64,000 nt of DNA from an uncultured Gallionella sp. (GCA_964385275.1 CAYLOK010000009.1:1368-65367); one strand, 5' to 3'; numbered from the stretch's first letter, positions 22,566-32,623 are shown. Program-made: numbers and translations. Notes: generated from the letters alone by a model not told the origin.

Positions 22566-24506
22566 ATGAAGCAAATATCTGTGGATCATGCCGCAAAGAT
22601 TGTCGGTGTCTCAACGGCCACGATGAGAAACTGGGCAAGAGCAGGACATATAGCCTCTGCGCGGACAAGGCCACTTGCCTTTTCGGAAATGGCCGTACTG
22701 AGCCTTAAAAATCAACTGGGTTCAGGAACGCTACACAAGCTGAAAACACGGGCTAATAAAGCACGTTCTGAAGAAAATACGCTGCCAAGTGAATACGCTT
22801 CGAACAGCGATCTGATTGAAAATATCAGATCCATAGTTGAATTCGTTAGTCAGAATAAACTCAGCATGGAGATGGTTCTTTTTGTGGCAGCTATACGTTT
22901 GTTAGTGGCTGACGAAGAGATGATTAGGGAATCAACAACTGATCTTTTTGCCCCTGATTCATTTACACACTGGCGGCGACGTTCAACAAAAGTCGAAATC
23001 GAACAATGGCGTGACTCATTAGGAAATGTCGAGAACAAGGGCATGTACTCAACGTTTTACGATTTGTTAACCTCAACCGAGGGTGATGATTATCTGGGAC
23101 TTTTGTACCAGTGCTTGTCTGTGGAGGGTCAAAAGTCAGAAGGGGGTGCGTACTATACCCCATCAAAAATAGTAGAAGATTCGTTGCGCCACTATGTGAA
23201 TTCAAAGTATAAGACTTTCCTTGATCCCTGTTGCGGGACGGGAAAGTATCTGATTTATGCGGCAAAGTTGCTTCAGATTAGGCCAGAAAATATTTACGGT
23301 TTTGATATTGATGCGCTTGCGGTAAAGCTCGCACGAATCAATTTGCTTAGAGCATTCAAGAGTCATGAGTTTTTGCCTCATATCCACTGCCTGGACTCTC
23401 TCGAAAAGCTGGCAACTGGAGAAATATTCTGTGAAACCAACGAGTTAATTGGCGCAATTGACATTATCGCGACCAACCCGCCTTGGGGCGCATATAAAAA
23501 CGGCGGTGTGTTGCCTCAATTTTCGCATCTGATAAAATCGGGCGAAACATTTTCCATGTTTCTGGCAAAGTCCTTGAATCTTCTCAGAGATGGCGGACAA
23601 CTTTCGTTTGTATTGCCAGAGTCAATTTTGAAAATCAAGACTCACGCTGATATACGCAAAGTTCTTTTGGACCAAGGTAGAATTTCAAAAATAGTGAAAC
23701 TTGGACGACAATTTACGGGTGTTTTTACGCCTGTAATACGACTGGATTTCATCAAAGGGAAACAAATACCGAGTTGGCTGATCTCCATAGAGGATGGTAA
23801 AAATGCCTCGTGCGTTGAGCAGGAAAGGTTTCTTTTTAATGACAATTACGCATTTGACATAGATATAGGCGCAAATGAGGAAATTATTTTAAATAAAATT
23901 TATGCGACAAACCACCTAACACTTTTCAAGAATGCGGAATGGGCGCTTGGCATTGTTACGGGCGACAACAAAAAATACATTCTTGACAATCATGAAGAAA
24001 ATTCTGAAGCGGTTTTTCGCGGGTCTGATGTAAAGCCATTTCAGTTGAGCAAACCAAAATCATTTATTCATTTCACGCCAAATAGCTTCCAGCAGGTAGC
24101 ACCAGAACGTTTTTTCAGATTGCCGGAGAAGCTGGTTTACCGCTTTATTTCAAAAACATTAGTTTTTGCATATGACGACAAACAGAGATTAACGCTTAAT
24201 AGCGCGAATATTTTAGTTCCACATATTCCCAATATGAGAATAAAAGTTGCGCTTGCTTATTTGAACTCAAGCGTCTTTCAGTATGTATTTAAGAAGAGGT
24301 TTTCTACGCACAAGGTGCTTAGAGGGGACATGGAAAAACTCCCATTTCCTGTAATTACCAAACAGGTGCATGATCAAATAGAAGGAATGGTTGAGGCAAT
24401 TTTGGATGGAAGTGGCTCATACGAAGAAGTTGATGAGTTTGTTTTTTTAACCTTTAATCTTTCGAGTGAAGATGCCGCATCAATTAGGCGCGAAGTGAGG
24501 AATTAA
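22566..24506 (+). CDS. Amino-DNA methyltransferase (gamma-class, TaqI/Eco57I-like C-terminus) with N-terminal HTH
   Basis: GAYYTP, motif I LDPCCGTGKY and motif IV TNPPW. The N-terminus VDHAAKIVGVSTATMRNWAR resembles a MerR/excisionase HTH. Visibly more AT-rich than the flanks. Confidence 0.85.
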   Translation: MKQISVDHAAKIVGVSTATMRNWARAGHIASARTRPLAFSEMAVLSLKNQLGSGTLHKLKTRANKARSEENTLPSEYASNSDLIENIRSIVEFVSQNKLSMEMVLFVAAIRLLVADEEMIRESTTDLFAPDSFTHWRRRSTKVEIEQWRDSLGNVENKGMYSTFYDLLTSTEGDDYLGLLYQCLSVEGQKSEGGAYYTPSKIVEDSLRHYVNSKYKTFLDPCCGTGKYLIYAAKLLQIRPENIYGFDIDALAVKLARINLLRAFKSHEFLPHIHCLDSLEKLATGEIFCETNELIGAIDIIATNPPWGAYKNGGVLPQFSHLIKSGETFSMFLAKSLNLLRDGGQLSFVLPESILKIKTHADIRKVLLDQGRISKIVKLGRQFTGVFTPVIRLDFIKGKQIPSWLISIEDGKNASCVEQERFLFNDNYAFDIDIGANEEIILNKIYATNHLTLFKNAEWALGIVTGDNKKYILDNHEENSEAVFRGSDVKPFQLSKPKSFIHFTPNSFQQVAPERFFRLPEKLVYRFISKTLVFAYDDKQRLTLNSANILVPHIPNMRIKVALAYLNSSVFQYVFKKRFSTHKVLRGDMEKLPFPVITKQVHDQIEGMVEAILDGSGSYEEVDEFVFLTFNLSSEDAASIRREVRN

Positions 24507-24507
24507 A

Positions 24508-25233
24508 ATGGAACAGTTAAAAGCGAAGTTAATGAACCTTGTTCACGAACTTGAGGGAGAAAAGCACGATGATGTAATGCAACGGTTGGATGATTTGGTA
24601 TCGGTTTATCCATTCAACGAGTATGAGTTTCTAATCTCCTCACTGATGGGGTATCGGAAAATATCAACTGATGAGTACTACGAGCTTCGAGATGACTACA
24701 TTGCAAGAAATATGTTTATGTATGTCTTTGAGATCAGTGCACCACGAGGATTTGGTGAGGCTTGGGCTCAGGGGCATCTAAAAGAAATCTGTCCTGAACT
24801 AATAAAGCCAACCAAAAAATTAGACCCTGCTTACTCTGGACAATATGATTTCTTTCTGGACGGAAAAATTAAAATTGAGGTTAAGGCATCAAGAGCCGTT
24901 GATTTTGACAGCTGCGAGGCGCTTTATGTCAAAGCGCTATCCTCAGATTCAAAATTGCGGTTCGACATGAATTTCCAGCAGGTCAAACCCGGTTGTTGCG
25001 ATGTGTTTATTTGGGTTGGTGTTTGGCGAGACGTAATTAGGTATTGGGTTCTTTCATCTAAAGAGGTTGCTGGGAATAAATACTATTCATCTGTGCAGCA
25101 TAGAGGAAACACCGGTGAGGGGCAAATACACGTCAAAGATAGTAATGTAAGCGAGTTTGCTCAGTTTGAATCAGCACCACGAGCACTCCTCGATAAAATC
25201 CGTGAAGCCTATCAACGGCAGATAGCTAGCTGA
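24508..25233 (+). CDS. Putative restriction endonuclease (PD-(D/E)xK-like)
   Basis: YDFFLDGKIKIEVKASR resembles D-x(n)-ExK. It lies 1 nt downstream of the methyltransferase and is also AT-rich. Confidence 0.55.
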   Translation: MEQLKAKLMNLVHELEGEKHDDVMQRLDDLVSVYPFNEYEFLISSLMGYRKISTDEYYELRDDYIARNMFMYVFEISAPRGFGEAWAQGHLKEICPELIKPTKKLDPAYSGQYDFFLDGKIKIEVKASRAVDFDSCEALYVKALSSDSKLRFDMNFQQVKPGCCDVFIWVGVWRDVIRYWVLSSKEVAGNKYYSSVQHRGNTGEGQIHVKDSNVSEFAQFESAPRALLDKIREAYQRQIAS

Positions 25234-25241
25234 GGAGTTCA

Positions 25242-26522
25242 GTGAATATCCATATCAAAAATGGTCGCCTGATAGACCCTAAAAACAAGCTGGATGCGCA
25301 ACAGGATTTGTTTATCTCTGAACGTCGCGTTGTCGCGATTGGCACCGCACCGCAGGATTTCATTGCCGATCAGGTGATAGACGCTGCCGGGCTGATCGTG
25401 ATGCCGGGGCTGGTGGATGTGGCGGCGCGGCTGCGTGAACCGGGCTATGAATACCGCGCGACGCTGGAATCAGAGATGAACGCTGCCGTTGCGGGGGGCG
25501 TGACCTCGCTGGCCTGTCCGCCCGACACCGATCCGCCGCTGGATGAGCCGGGGCTGGTGGAAATGTTGAAACGCCGCGCGCGCGTGCTGAATCAGGCGCG
25601 CGTATTTCCGATCGGCGCGCTGACCTACGGCCTGAAAGGCACGGAACTGACCGAAATGATCGAGCTGAGCGATGCCGGGTGCAAGGCGTTCAGCCAGGCC
25701 GATGCGCCGCTCACCGACACGCGAGTGCTGTTGCGCGCCATGCAATACGCGGCAACCTTCGGCTATCGGGTGTGGTTGCGCCCGCAGGATAGTTTTCTGG
25801 CCAAAAACGGCGTGGCACATGACGGCGAAGTGGCTTCCCGTCTGGGTTTGCCGCCGATTCCGGTGGTCGCCGAAACCATCGCGCTGGCCACCGCCTTACA
25901 ACTGGCGCGCGAGACCGGCGTGACGCTGCATATCTGCCGGATTTCCAGCGCGGCGGGTGTGGAAATGCTGCGCGCCGCCAAGCGCGAAGGCTTGGCAGTC
26001 ACTTGCGACGTGTCTATCAACCACATCCACCTGAGCGAAATGGACATCGGCTACTTCGATGCCAACTGCCATCTGGTGCCGCCGCTGCGCAGCCAGCGCG
26101 ACCGGGCTGCGCTGCATGCCGGATTGCTGGACGGCACGATAGATGCAATCTGTTCCAACCATTCGCCGGTGGATGACGATGCCAAGCAATTGCCGTTCGC
26201 CGAAGCCGAGGCGGGCGCGACCGGGCTGGAGCTACTGCTGCCGCTGGTGCTGAAATGGGCAGAACAGCAACGCGTACCGCTGCTGGACGCGCTGGCGCGC
26301 ATCACCATCAGCCCGGCGCAGTTGCTGGGGCAGAAGATGGGGCATCTGTCGGTTGGCGCACATGCCGACATCTGCATCTTCGATCCGCAATCGACCTGGG
26401 TCGTTGCGCCTGCCGCGCTCAAGAGTCAGGGTAAGAACACCCCTTTCAACGGCTACGAAATGCAGGGGCGGGTGAGATATACCATGCTGGACGGGCAGCT
26501 GGTTTATTCGAGCGTGGTTTGA
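25242..26522 (+). CDS. pyrC: Dihydroorotase-like protein, probably the inactive PyrC' subunit of ATCase
   Basis: Dihydroorotase-family sequence, but VDVAARLREPG replaces the HxH metal motif and ICSNHSP replaces the usual xxxDHAP. Confidence 0.88.
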   Translation: MNIHIKNGRLIDPKNKLDAQQDLFISERRVVAIGTAPQDFIADQVIDAAGLIVMPGLVDVAARLREPGYEYRATLESEMNAAVAGGVTSLACPPDTDPPLDEPGLVEMLKRRARVLNQARVFPIGALTYGLKGTELTEMIELSDAGCKAFSQADAPLTDTRVLLRAMQYAATFGYRVWLRPQDSFLAKNGVAHDGEVASRLGLPPIPVVAETIALATALQLARETGVTLHICRISSAAGVEMLRAAKREGLAVTCDVSINHIHLSEMDIGYFDANCHLVPPLRSQRDRAALHAGLLDGTIDAICSNHSPVDDDAKQLPFAEAEAGATGLELLLPLVLKWAEQQRVPLLDALARITISPAQLLGQKMGHLSVGAHADICIFDPQSTWVVAPAALKSQGKNTPFNGYEMQGRVRYTMLDGQLVYSSVV

Positions 26523-26640
26523 TGACGGTGACGTTGTGCGCAGCGCGCCGCCTTGACCGGCGTACTCTCGTTACCGGACACGCTGTGCAACCGTGCGCAC
26601 AGCCGCTAGAATTGACGCTCTTTGCCTCTACGTACCTGCC

Positions 26641-29600
26641 ATGACTTTTCGATTTCCCCCTCGCAAGAAATTAGCGATATTTTTCGCAGGAAGTCTGGTT
26701 GCCTGTCTGTTGTTCCTCTGGCTGATTCTCCCTCGTATTGTGCAGTCGCAGGCAGAAGCATTTATCGCAGAGACCAGCGGCCATCACCTAACCATGAACA
26801 GGCCGGAGTTCAATCCCTTCAAACTCAGCCTGCACCTCTCCGGGCTGCATCTTGCTGAACCCGACGGCAAGCCCTTGCTGGCTTTTCGTGAACTGGTGGT
26901 GGATTTTTCCTCTGCCAGCCTGTTTCGCGGCGCGCTGGTCTTCGACGGTATCCGCCTCGAAGGGCTTGAAGCGAACGCTGTTCTGCTGGATGATACCAAG
27001 ACGAACTGGTCGGCGCTGATAGCTGCGCTGCAAGGCACTGAAAATAAATCCGAATCTCCCCTGCCCCGGTTTGACATTCATCGTTTCACGCTGTCAGACA
27101 CCCGACTCGATTTTACCGACTACCGTGTCAACCCCGCTTTTGTCACACGCATCGCACCGGCTGATATGGAGCTTACCGATTTGTCTTCCCTGCAAGGCAA
27201 CAGGGGGCAGTACAAGTTCTCGGCACGTACTGCAAACGGCGCGCACCTGTCTTTGCAGGGCGAAGCCAGTCTGGCACCGCTGGCAGCGACGGGGAGCTTC
27301 AAGGTAGATGAGGTGAATCTCGCCGCCATTTCGAGTTATTTCAAGGATATGTTGTCAGTTTCTCCGCCTGTCGGCATGGCCGGGTTGTCGGCTAACTACC
27401 GGATAGGCTTTAACAGCGGCAAGCTGGAAGTTAATTTTGAACAGATTGTGGCCAGACTGACCGGACTTGGGCTTGAGCATCGCTCCGGTTCATCCGTTAA
27501 GGTTGACGCAATTGATGCACAAGGCGGCAGCTTTGATCTGGGAAAGAACAGGTTCTCGCTGGCTGGACTAACTGTCAAGGGCGGGAGTCTGAGTTTGCAG
27601 CATGGACAAAATGCGCTGGAGTTGGGCAGCCTTGACGTTGATGACATCAGCCTCAACCTGGCCTCGCACCAGGCGACACTGGGGCGCATCGCGCTGGTTG
27701 ATGGTCATGTTCGTGTTGCTCGTGATGCGCAGGGGCACATTGATGTCGTCGAGGCGCTGAAAAAAATGTCGCCCGCCGAAAAGCCGAAAACGGCAAACCC
27801 CGATAAACCGGCCGCCTGGCGTTACCGGCTGGAAAAAATGGAGTTAGCTCGCTTCGAGGCTGCGTTCAGAGACGGGACTGTTTCACCGACTGCGCAGCTG
27901 GGACTAAAGGATTTTGCGCTGGAAATGGACGGTATCAGCGAGGACTGGAATGTGGCCATGCCGCTCAAAGTTTCTTTTAGCGGCACGGATGGAGGCCGCT
28001 TCGAGGCTGAGGGAAGTGTTGTGCCTGGTGCGCCGACAGCCGAGATTGTGCTCAAGCTCGCCGAACTCAACCTTAAGCCTGCCCAGCCCTATTTATCCTC
28101 ATTAGCCAGATTGAAGCTGACTGGCGGACGTTTATCCGCAGAAGGTCATGCCAGCTACAACAAACAGGGTGCCAGCTTCAAGGGCGGTTTCGCACTGCGT
28201 GATCTGATGCTCAACGAAGCCGATACAGGCAATATTTTCCTGGCCTGGAAGTCATTGGGCAGTCGTTCACTCCAGCTCAACCGGTCAAGGATGGATATGG
28301 ATGAACTGGTCGTCGACAGGCTCGATACCAAACTGATTATCAACAAGGATAAGTCGCTCAGTTTTAAGCGCATCCTGCAACAGCCGGATGAGGTGGCAGC
28401 CAAAGCGCCGGTCGCTGTACAGGAGGCGGCACAGAAATTTATCGTCAACATAAACAGGTTGCGTTTTGCTCGCGGCGAAATGGACTTTGCCGATTACTCG
28501 CTTGCACTGCCTTTTGGCACGCGCATTCATGGACTCAAAGGGGTGGTTGCCGGGTTATCTACGCAACCCGGTGCGATTGGTCAGGTGGAATTGGATGGCC
28601 AGGTGGATGAATATGGCATTTCGCGCGCGGTCGGTCAGATCAATCTTGCCGATCCCACTGATTTTATGGACATCAAGGTGGTGTTCCGCAATATCGAGAT
28701 GGCTGGGCTGACCCCTTATTCGGCGACCTTTGCCGGGCGCAAAATCACTTCCGGCAAGCTTTCCCTCGATCTGGAATACAAGATCAAGCAGCGCCAGATG
28801 CAGGGGAAAAATCAGGTCATCATGGACAAGTTGATGCTGGGCGAGAAGGTGGACAGCACTGAAGCCCGTGATTTGCCGCTGGATCTGGCTATCGCGATAT
28901 TGCAGGATTCCGACGGGAGAATCGACCTGGGCCTGCCTGTCTCCGGCAGTATGGACGATCCCAGGTTCAGCTATGGCGGGATCATCTGGCAGGCGATAAC
29001 GAATGTACTGAGCAAGATTGCAACCGCCCCCTTCCGGGCGCTGGGCGCGCTATTCGGCGGGGACGAAAAATTCGAAAATATCGTATTCGAGGCCGGCAAT
29101 GCCCGGTTAACTCCGCCTGAGAGGGAGAAACTGGTGCGGCTCGCGGAGGTTTTTACCAAACGACCCGCATTATTCATCTCGGTACACGGCGTTTACGCAG
29201 ATACCGATCGTGTCGCGTTGCAGGATTTGCAGTTGCGCCGCACCGTGGCGCAGGCGAGTGGGCAGCAGGTAGATGCGGAAGACGATCCGGGGCCGCTCGC
29301 CACTCACCAGCCCAAGGTTCAGGCATCGCTGGAAGAGCTGTTTTCGGATAGTCTGGGCGGCGGTGAACTGGCCGCGCTCAAGGACGGATTCCGCCGCGCC
29401 AACCCTGGCAAACTTGAAGAAAGCACTACAGGCAAAATGCTGTCCGGTCTGACAGGGATGTTTCGTGAAAAGCGTGTTCTGAGTGAACAGGAAATCGCCG
29501 TGCTTAAAGGTGCTGATTTTTATGTCGTTCTGTTTGAACGCTTGCGCAGCAAGGTAGGTATAGATGACAAGCAGTTGCTGGCGCTGGCAGCCGCACGCGG

Positions 29601-29742
29601 TGATGCGACAGCGGCGGCGCTGAAGAATGCCGGTGCACCTGCCGAGCGGCTGTCTGTGCTGGAAGCCGAGAAAGTCACAGCCGAGGGGCGCGACGTGCCG
29701 GTCAAACTGGTGCTCGGCACAGCGGCCAAAGTCGCACAATAA
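26641..29742 (+). CDS. DUF748-family envelope protein
   Basis: N-terminal anchor, FNPFKLSL, TPYSATFAGRKITSGKLSLDLEY and LAIAILQDSDGRIDLGLPVSG. Start placed at MTFRFPP. Confidence 0.82.
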   Translation: MTFRFPPRKKLAIFFAGSLVACLLFLWLILPRIVQSQAEAFIAETSGHHLTMNRPEFNPFKLSLHLSGLHLAEPDGKPLLAFRELVVDFSSASLFRGALVFDGIRLEGLEANAVLLDDTKTNWSALIAALQGTENKSESPLPRFDIHRFTLSDTRLDFTDYRVNPAFVTRIAPADMELTDLSSLQGNRGQYKFSARTANGAHLSLQGEASLAPLAATGSFKVDEVNLAAISSYFKDMLSVSPPVGMAGLSANYRIGFNSGKLEVNFEQIVARLTGLGLEHRSGSSVKVDAIDAQGGSFDLGKNRFSLAGLTVKGGSLSLQHGQNALELGSLDVDDISLNLASHQATLGRIALVDGHVRVARDAQGHIDVVEALKKMSPAEKPKTANPDKPAAWRYRLEKMELARFEAAFRDGTVSPTAQLGLKDFALEMDGISEDWNVAMPLKVSFSGTDGGRFEAEGSVVPGAPTAEIVLKLAELNLKPAQPYLSSLARLKLTGGRLSAEGHASYNKQGASFKGGFALRDLMLNEADTGNIFLAWKSLGSRSLQLNRSRMDMDELVVDRLDTKLIINKDKSLSFKRILQQPDEVAAKAPVAVQEAAQKFIVNINRLRFARGEMDFADYSLALPFGTRIHGLKGVVAGLSTQPGAIGQVELDGQVDEYGISRAVGQINLADPTDFMDIKVVFRNIEMAGLTPYSATFAGRKITSGKLSLDLEYKIKQRQMQGKNQVIMDKLMLGEKVDSTEARDLPLDLAIAILQDSDGRIDLGLPVSGSMDDPRFSYGGIIWQAITNVLSKIATAPFRALGALFGGDEKFENIVFEAGNARLTPPEREKLVRLAEVFTKRPALFISVHGVYADTDRVALQDLQLRRTVAQASGQQVDAEDDPGPLATHQPKVQASLEELFSDSLGGGELAALKDGFRRANPGKLEESTTGKMLSGLTGMFREKRVLSEQEIAVLKGADFYVVLFERLRSKVGIDDKQLLALAAARGDATAAALKNAGAPAERLSVLEAEKVTAEGRDVPVKLVLGTAAKVAQ

Positions 29743-29994
29743 TTCCCGCAGCAGGCACGCAAAGCACTGTCTGCACGAAAGGTGCCAGGGGCGGTGAGTC
29801 GGGCGGTCGTGGTTTCATAGTAAACTGCGCCAGTTAGATTTTTAACGTGCATTTACCTTTTTGAATCGGGTTGAACGTCACAATCTTCCATAATCAGAAC
29901 GCGAGCCGATAAACAAACTTCTGCAAGAGAAGGTCATTCGCCTGAAAGACACGTACGGAATGTCACCAAGGATTCCAAATGAAAACTAAACAAC

Positions 29995-31218
29995 GTGCAG
30001 CATCCCCTTGATTTTGTTCACAATGCGGCGACAACAATGAAATCTGCACCCGAACATGGCAGCAAAAAGTCACGGGAACCCATTAAAAGCAGAAGGGTGT
30101 ATTACATCAGCGGCTTCGATCCCAGAGGAGCCGCGTATTACCACCGGCTGTACAAAGATGAGGCGGAAAAACAGGGCGCCAATATTGGCGTCAGCATGGA
30201 GGTGGGTTCCCGTTCCAAACTGGCGCCGCACCTGCATTCATGGTGCATCCGTTCGACATGGCACCAGCACACCATTAACACTGATTACCGTTTCTTGAGC
30301 TGGGATGACATTGTCCGTCAAAACTGGGAAACCAATATCTTCCGACTCCTCGCCAACATGCTCATGGGCTATGCGGGATATGCCTCATGCGGCGCGTTCG
30401 GGCGCATCCGCGCCTCCCACAGGGGGCCTTTCTTTGGCATGTTGTATCCGATTGCTTTTCTGGCGCTGATTGCGATTCTTTCCTTGCTTGTCGGCGGAGC
30501 GCTGGCCGTTACAGGCATCAGCCTCGGCTTACATGCAGCGACATCCTGCGCACTTGGACTGATCGCCGCGACCGCATGCGGGTGGATGGGGCTGAAGCAG
30601 GCCGACCGTTTGGGGGTGCTATGGCTATTGAGAACGGGGCTGGCGGTGATTACCTGGGGCGAATCCATGCCGGAAAGCCTGAGTCAGAGAATCATCGAAT
30701 TTTCAGAACTCATTAAGCGCGACCAGGAAGAAGCCGCCTGCGATGAGGTGATACTCGTCGGCCATAGTGTGGGCAGCATTCTGGCCGTGTCTGTGCTTGC
30801 CCGCATGCTGGAAAATTCCACAGAAAATCAAACCCGCAATCTGATACTGGTCACGCTGGGGCAGTGTATCCCCTTGTTAAGCCTGGTTCCCAATGCGGCT
30901 GCATTCCGGCAAGACCTGAAATCTCTGGCGGAGCATCCCAGCGTTCCCTGGCTGGATATGGCAGCACGCGCCGACCCGCTGTGCTTTTCCCAGATAAGCC
31001 CTGCCGAGGCCCTCGACATTGATTCATCTGCGGTAAAATGGCCTAGAATGCACGTTGTCCGGCCATTCAGGATGTTTTCGCCGGAAAAATACAAGACCCT
31101 CAGGCGCAACAAGCTGCGCCTGCATTTTCAGTATCTGATGTCGAGTGAACTGCAAACCGACTACGATTATTTTTTAATGACGGCAGGGCCCTATCGCATG
31201 CCACTTTCCGGATCATAA
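29995..31218 (+). CDS. Membrane-associated alpha/beta hydrolase-fold protein
   Basis: RRVYYISGFDPRG N-terminus, a central hydrophobic hairpin, a GHSVG nucleophile elbow and later DPLCF and HFQY. Start uncertain (alternative ATG 30037). Confidence 0.7.
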   Translation: MQHPLDFVHNAATTMKSAPEHGSKKSREPIKSRRVYYISGFDPRGAAYYHRLYKDEAEKQGANIGVSMEVGSRSKLAPHLHSWCIRSTWHQHTINTDYRFLSWDDIVRQNWETNIFRLLANMLMGYAGYASCGAFGRIRASHRGPFFGMLYPIAFLALIAILSLLVGGALAVTGISLGLHAATSCALGLIAATACGWMGLKQADRLGVLWLLRTGLAVITWGESMPESLSQRIIEFSELIKRDQEEAACDEVILVGHSVGSILAVSVLARMLENSTENQTRNLILVTLGQCIPLLSLVPNAAAFRQDLKSLAEHPSVPWLDMAARADPLCFSQISPAEALDIDSSAVKWPRMHVVRPFRMFSPEKYKTLRRNKLRLHFQYLMSSELQTDYDYFLMTAGPYRMPLSGS

Positions 31219-31222
31219 GCCC

Positions 31223-32599
31223 ATGACTTTTCAGCCCCCTTATCCCAAGCCCCACAAGAACAAGAGTTCTTTTTTCCTGCGCTTTATACGCGGCTGGCAC
31301 TCCTGGCTGGATGTGCTCTTCGAGCGCAGCTATCACATGAAAATGGGGAAAATCACCCAGCCCGGCATGGATGTTTTTATGGTCAACGACCCAGAATGGA
31401 TACGCAAGATTCTTGTCGAAAACCCCAGTGAATACCCCAAACACAAGCTCATGCATCGCATGCTTGAACCCTTGCTTGGCAATAGTATTTTTACCACCAA
31501 TGGCCCGGTATGGGAGCGGCAAAGAAGGCTGGTCGATATGGCCTTCGAACAAGCCCGCCTCAAACAGGTGTTCCCGTTGATGGCCGCCTCCGTGCAGGAT
31601 TTGCTCACACGGCTTGATAAGCATGCCGACGGCGAATCCTTCGAGGTGGATGGCGAAATGACTTATGTCACGGCAGACATTATTTTTCGCACCATCCTGT
31701 CGGAAAGCCTGGACGGGAAAATGGCAAAGGAAATCTACGACGCCTTCGTCGAGTTTTCTCATCACGCGCAACGTGCCATGATGCTCATGATTTATCGCAT
31801 GCCCCCCTATTTCTCGACTCGCGCAAGTCGCCGCCCTGCACAAAAAATCCGCAGCATCCTGGCGGAGATCGTTGCAAAACGGTTTCAGGAGCGCGCCACC
31901 GGGGTATCGGACCAGTACCACGATATTCTCTCCGGCCTGATGGAAGCCAAAGACCCCGTGAGCGGCGACAGCTTCAACTACGAAGAGTTGGTCGATCAGG
32001 TCTGCATGCTTTTTCTGGCAGGCCATGAGACTTCTGCAAGTTCGCTGGCATGGTCGCTCTACCTTATCTCGCACGCCCCCGAATCAGAGCAGCAAATGCT
32101 TGATGAAATCACTGCCGTTGTCGGCGAACGCAATTTTGAAATCAGCGACATGAAGAAAATGCCTGCCGTTTGGGACGTATTTCGCGAAGCGCTCAGACTC
32201 TATCCACCCGTCGGTTTCTTCGTCCGCGAAGCGGCGCATTCTCACTGCATTCGCGGCAAGGAAATCCAGGAAGGCTCACCCGTACTCATCTCTCCCTGGC
32301 TCCTTCATCGCCACCGGGAACTGTGGAGTCATCCAGACGAATTTGACCCGCAGCGCTTTCACACCCCTTCGGGAGAGGAATCGCTCAAATGCGCCTACAT
32401 CCCCTTCAGCAAGGGGCCGCGTGTTTGTATCGGTGCGGCTTTTGCCACCCAGGAGTCCATACTGATCCTCGCCTCATTGGTTCGGCGCTATCAAATTTAT
32501 GCGGATGAAAATCATGTGCCCGCCCCCATAGGAAGAGTGACCATTCGCTCAGGAAATGGCATCAAAATCCGCATGAAACGCCGTATTGCTCCGCAGTAA
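31223..32599 (+). CDS. Cytochrome P450 (resembles Campylobacter CYP172)
   Basis: AGHETSA I-helix, EALR ExxR motif, FDPQRF and the heme motif FSKGPRVCIG. Confidence 0.95.
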   Translation: MTFQPPYPKPHKNKSSFFLRFIRGWHSWLDVLFERSYHMKMGKITQPGMDVFMVNDPEWIRKILVENPSEYPKHKLMHRMLEPLLGNSIFTTNGPVWERQRRLVDMAFEQARLKQVFPLMAASVQDLLTRLDKHADGESFEVDGEMTYVTADIIFRTILSESLDGKMAKEIYDAFVEFSHHAQRAMMLMIYRMPPYFSTRASRRPAQKIRSILAEIVAKRFQERATGVSDQYHDILSGLMEAKDPVSGDSFNYEELVDQVCMLFLAGHETSASSLAWSLYLISHAPESEQQMLDEITAVVGERNFEISDMKKMPAVWDVFREALRLYPPVGFFVREAAHSHCIRGKEIQEGSPVLISPWLLHRHRELWSHPDEFDPQRFHTPSGEESLKCAYIPFSKGPRVCIGAAFATQESILILASLVRRYQIYADENHVPAPIGRVTIRSGNGIKIRMKRRIAPQ

Positions 32600-32623
32600 A
32601 ACTTAATAAATTCCAGCTTACTC

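Noticed and set aside
22526-25241. Transposon, prophage or integrative element explanation for the three R-M insertions
   Set aside because: No integrase, transposase, terminal inverted repeats, tRNA target or clear direct repeats were seen at the junctions of this or the other two loci.
29745-29815. Possible c-di-GMP-I riboswitch (GGCACGCAAAGC...)
   Set aside because: Only the ACGCAAAGC core matches. The upstream GCAAAC/GAAA-tetraloop stem is absent.
31100-32074. 324-aa - strand ORF
   Set aside because: Antisense shadow of the P450 gene.
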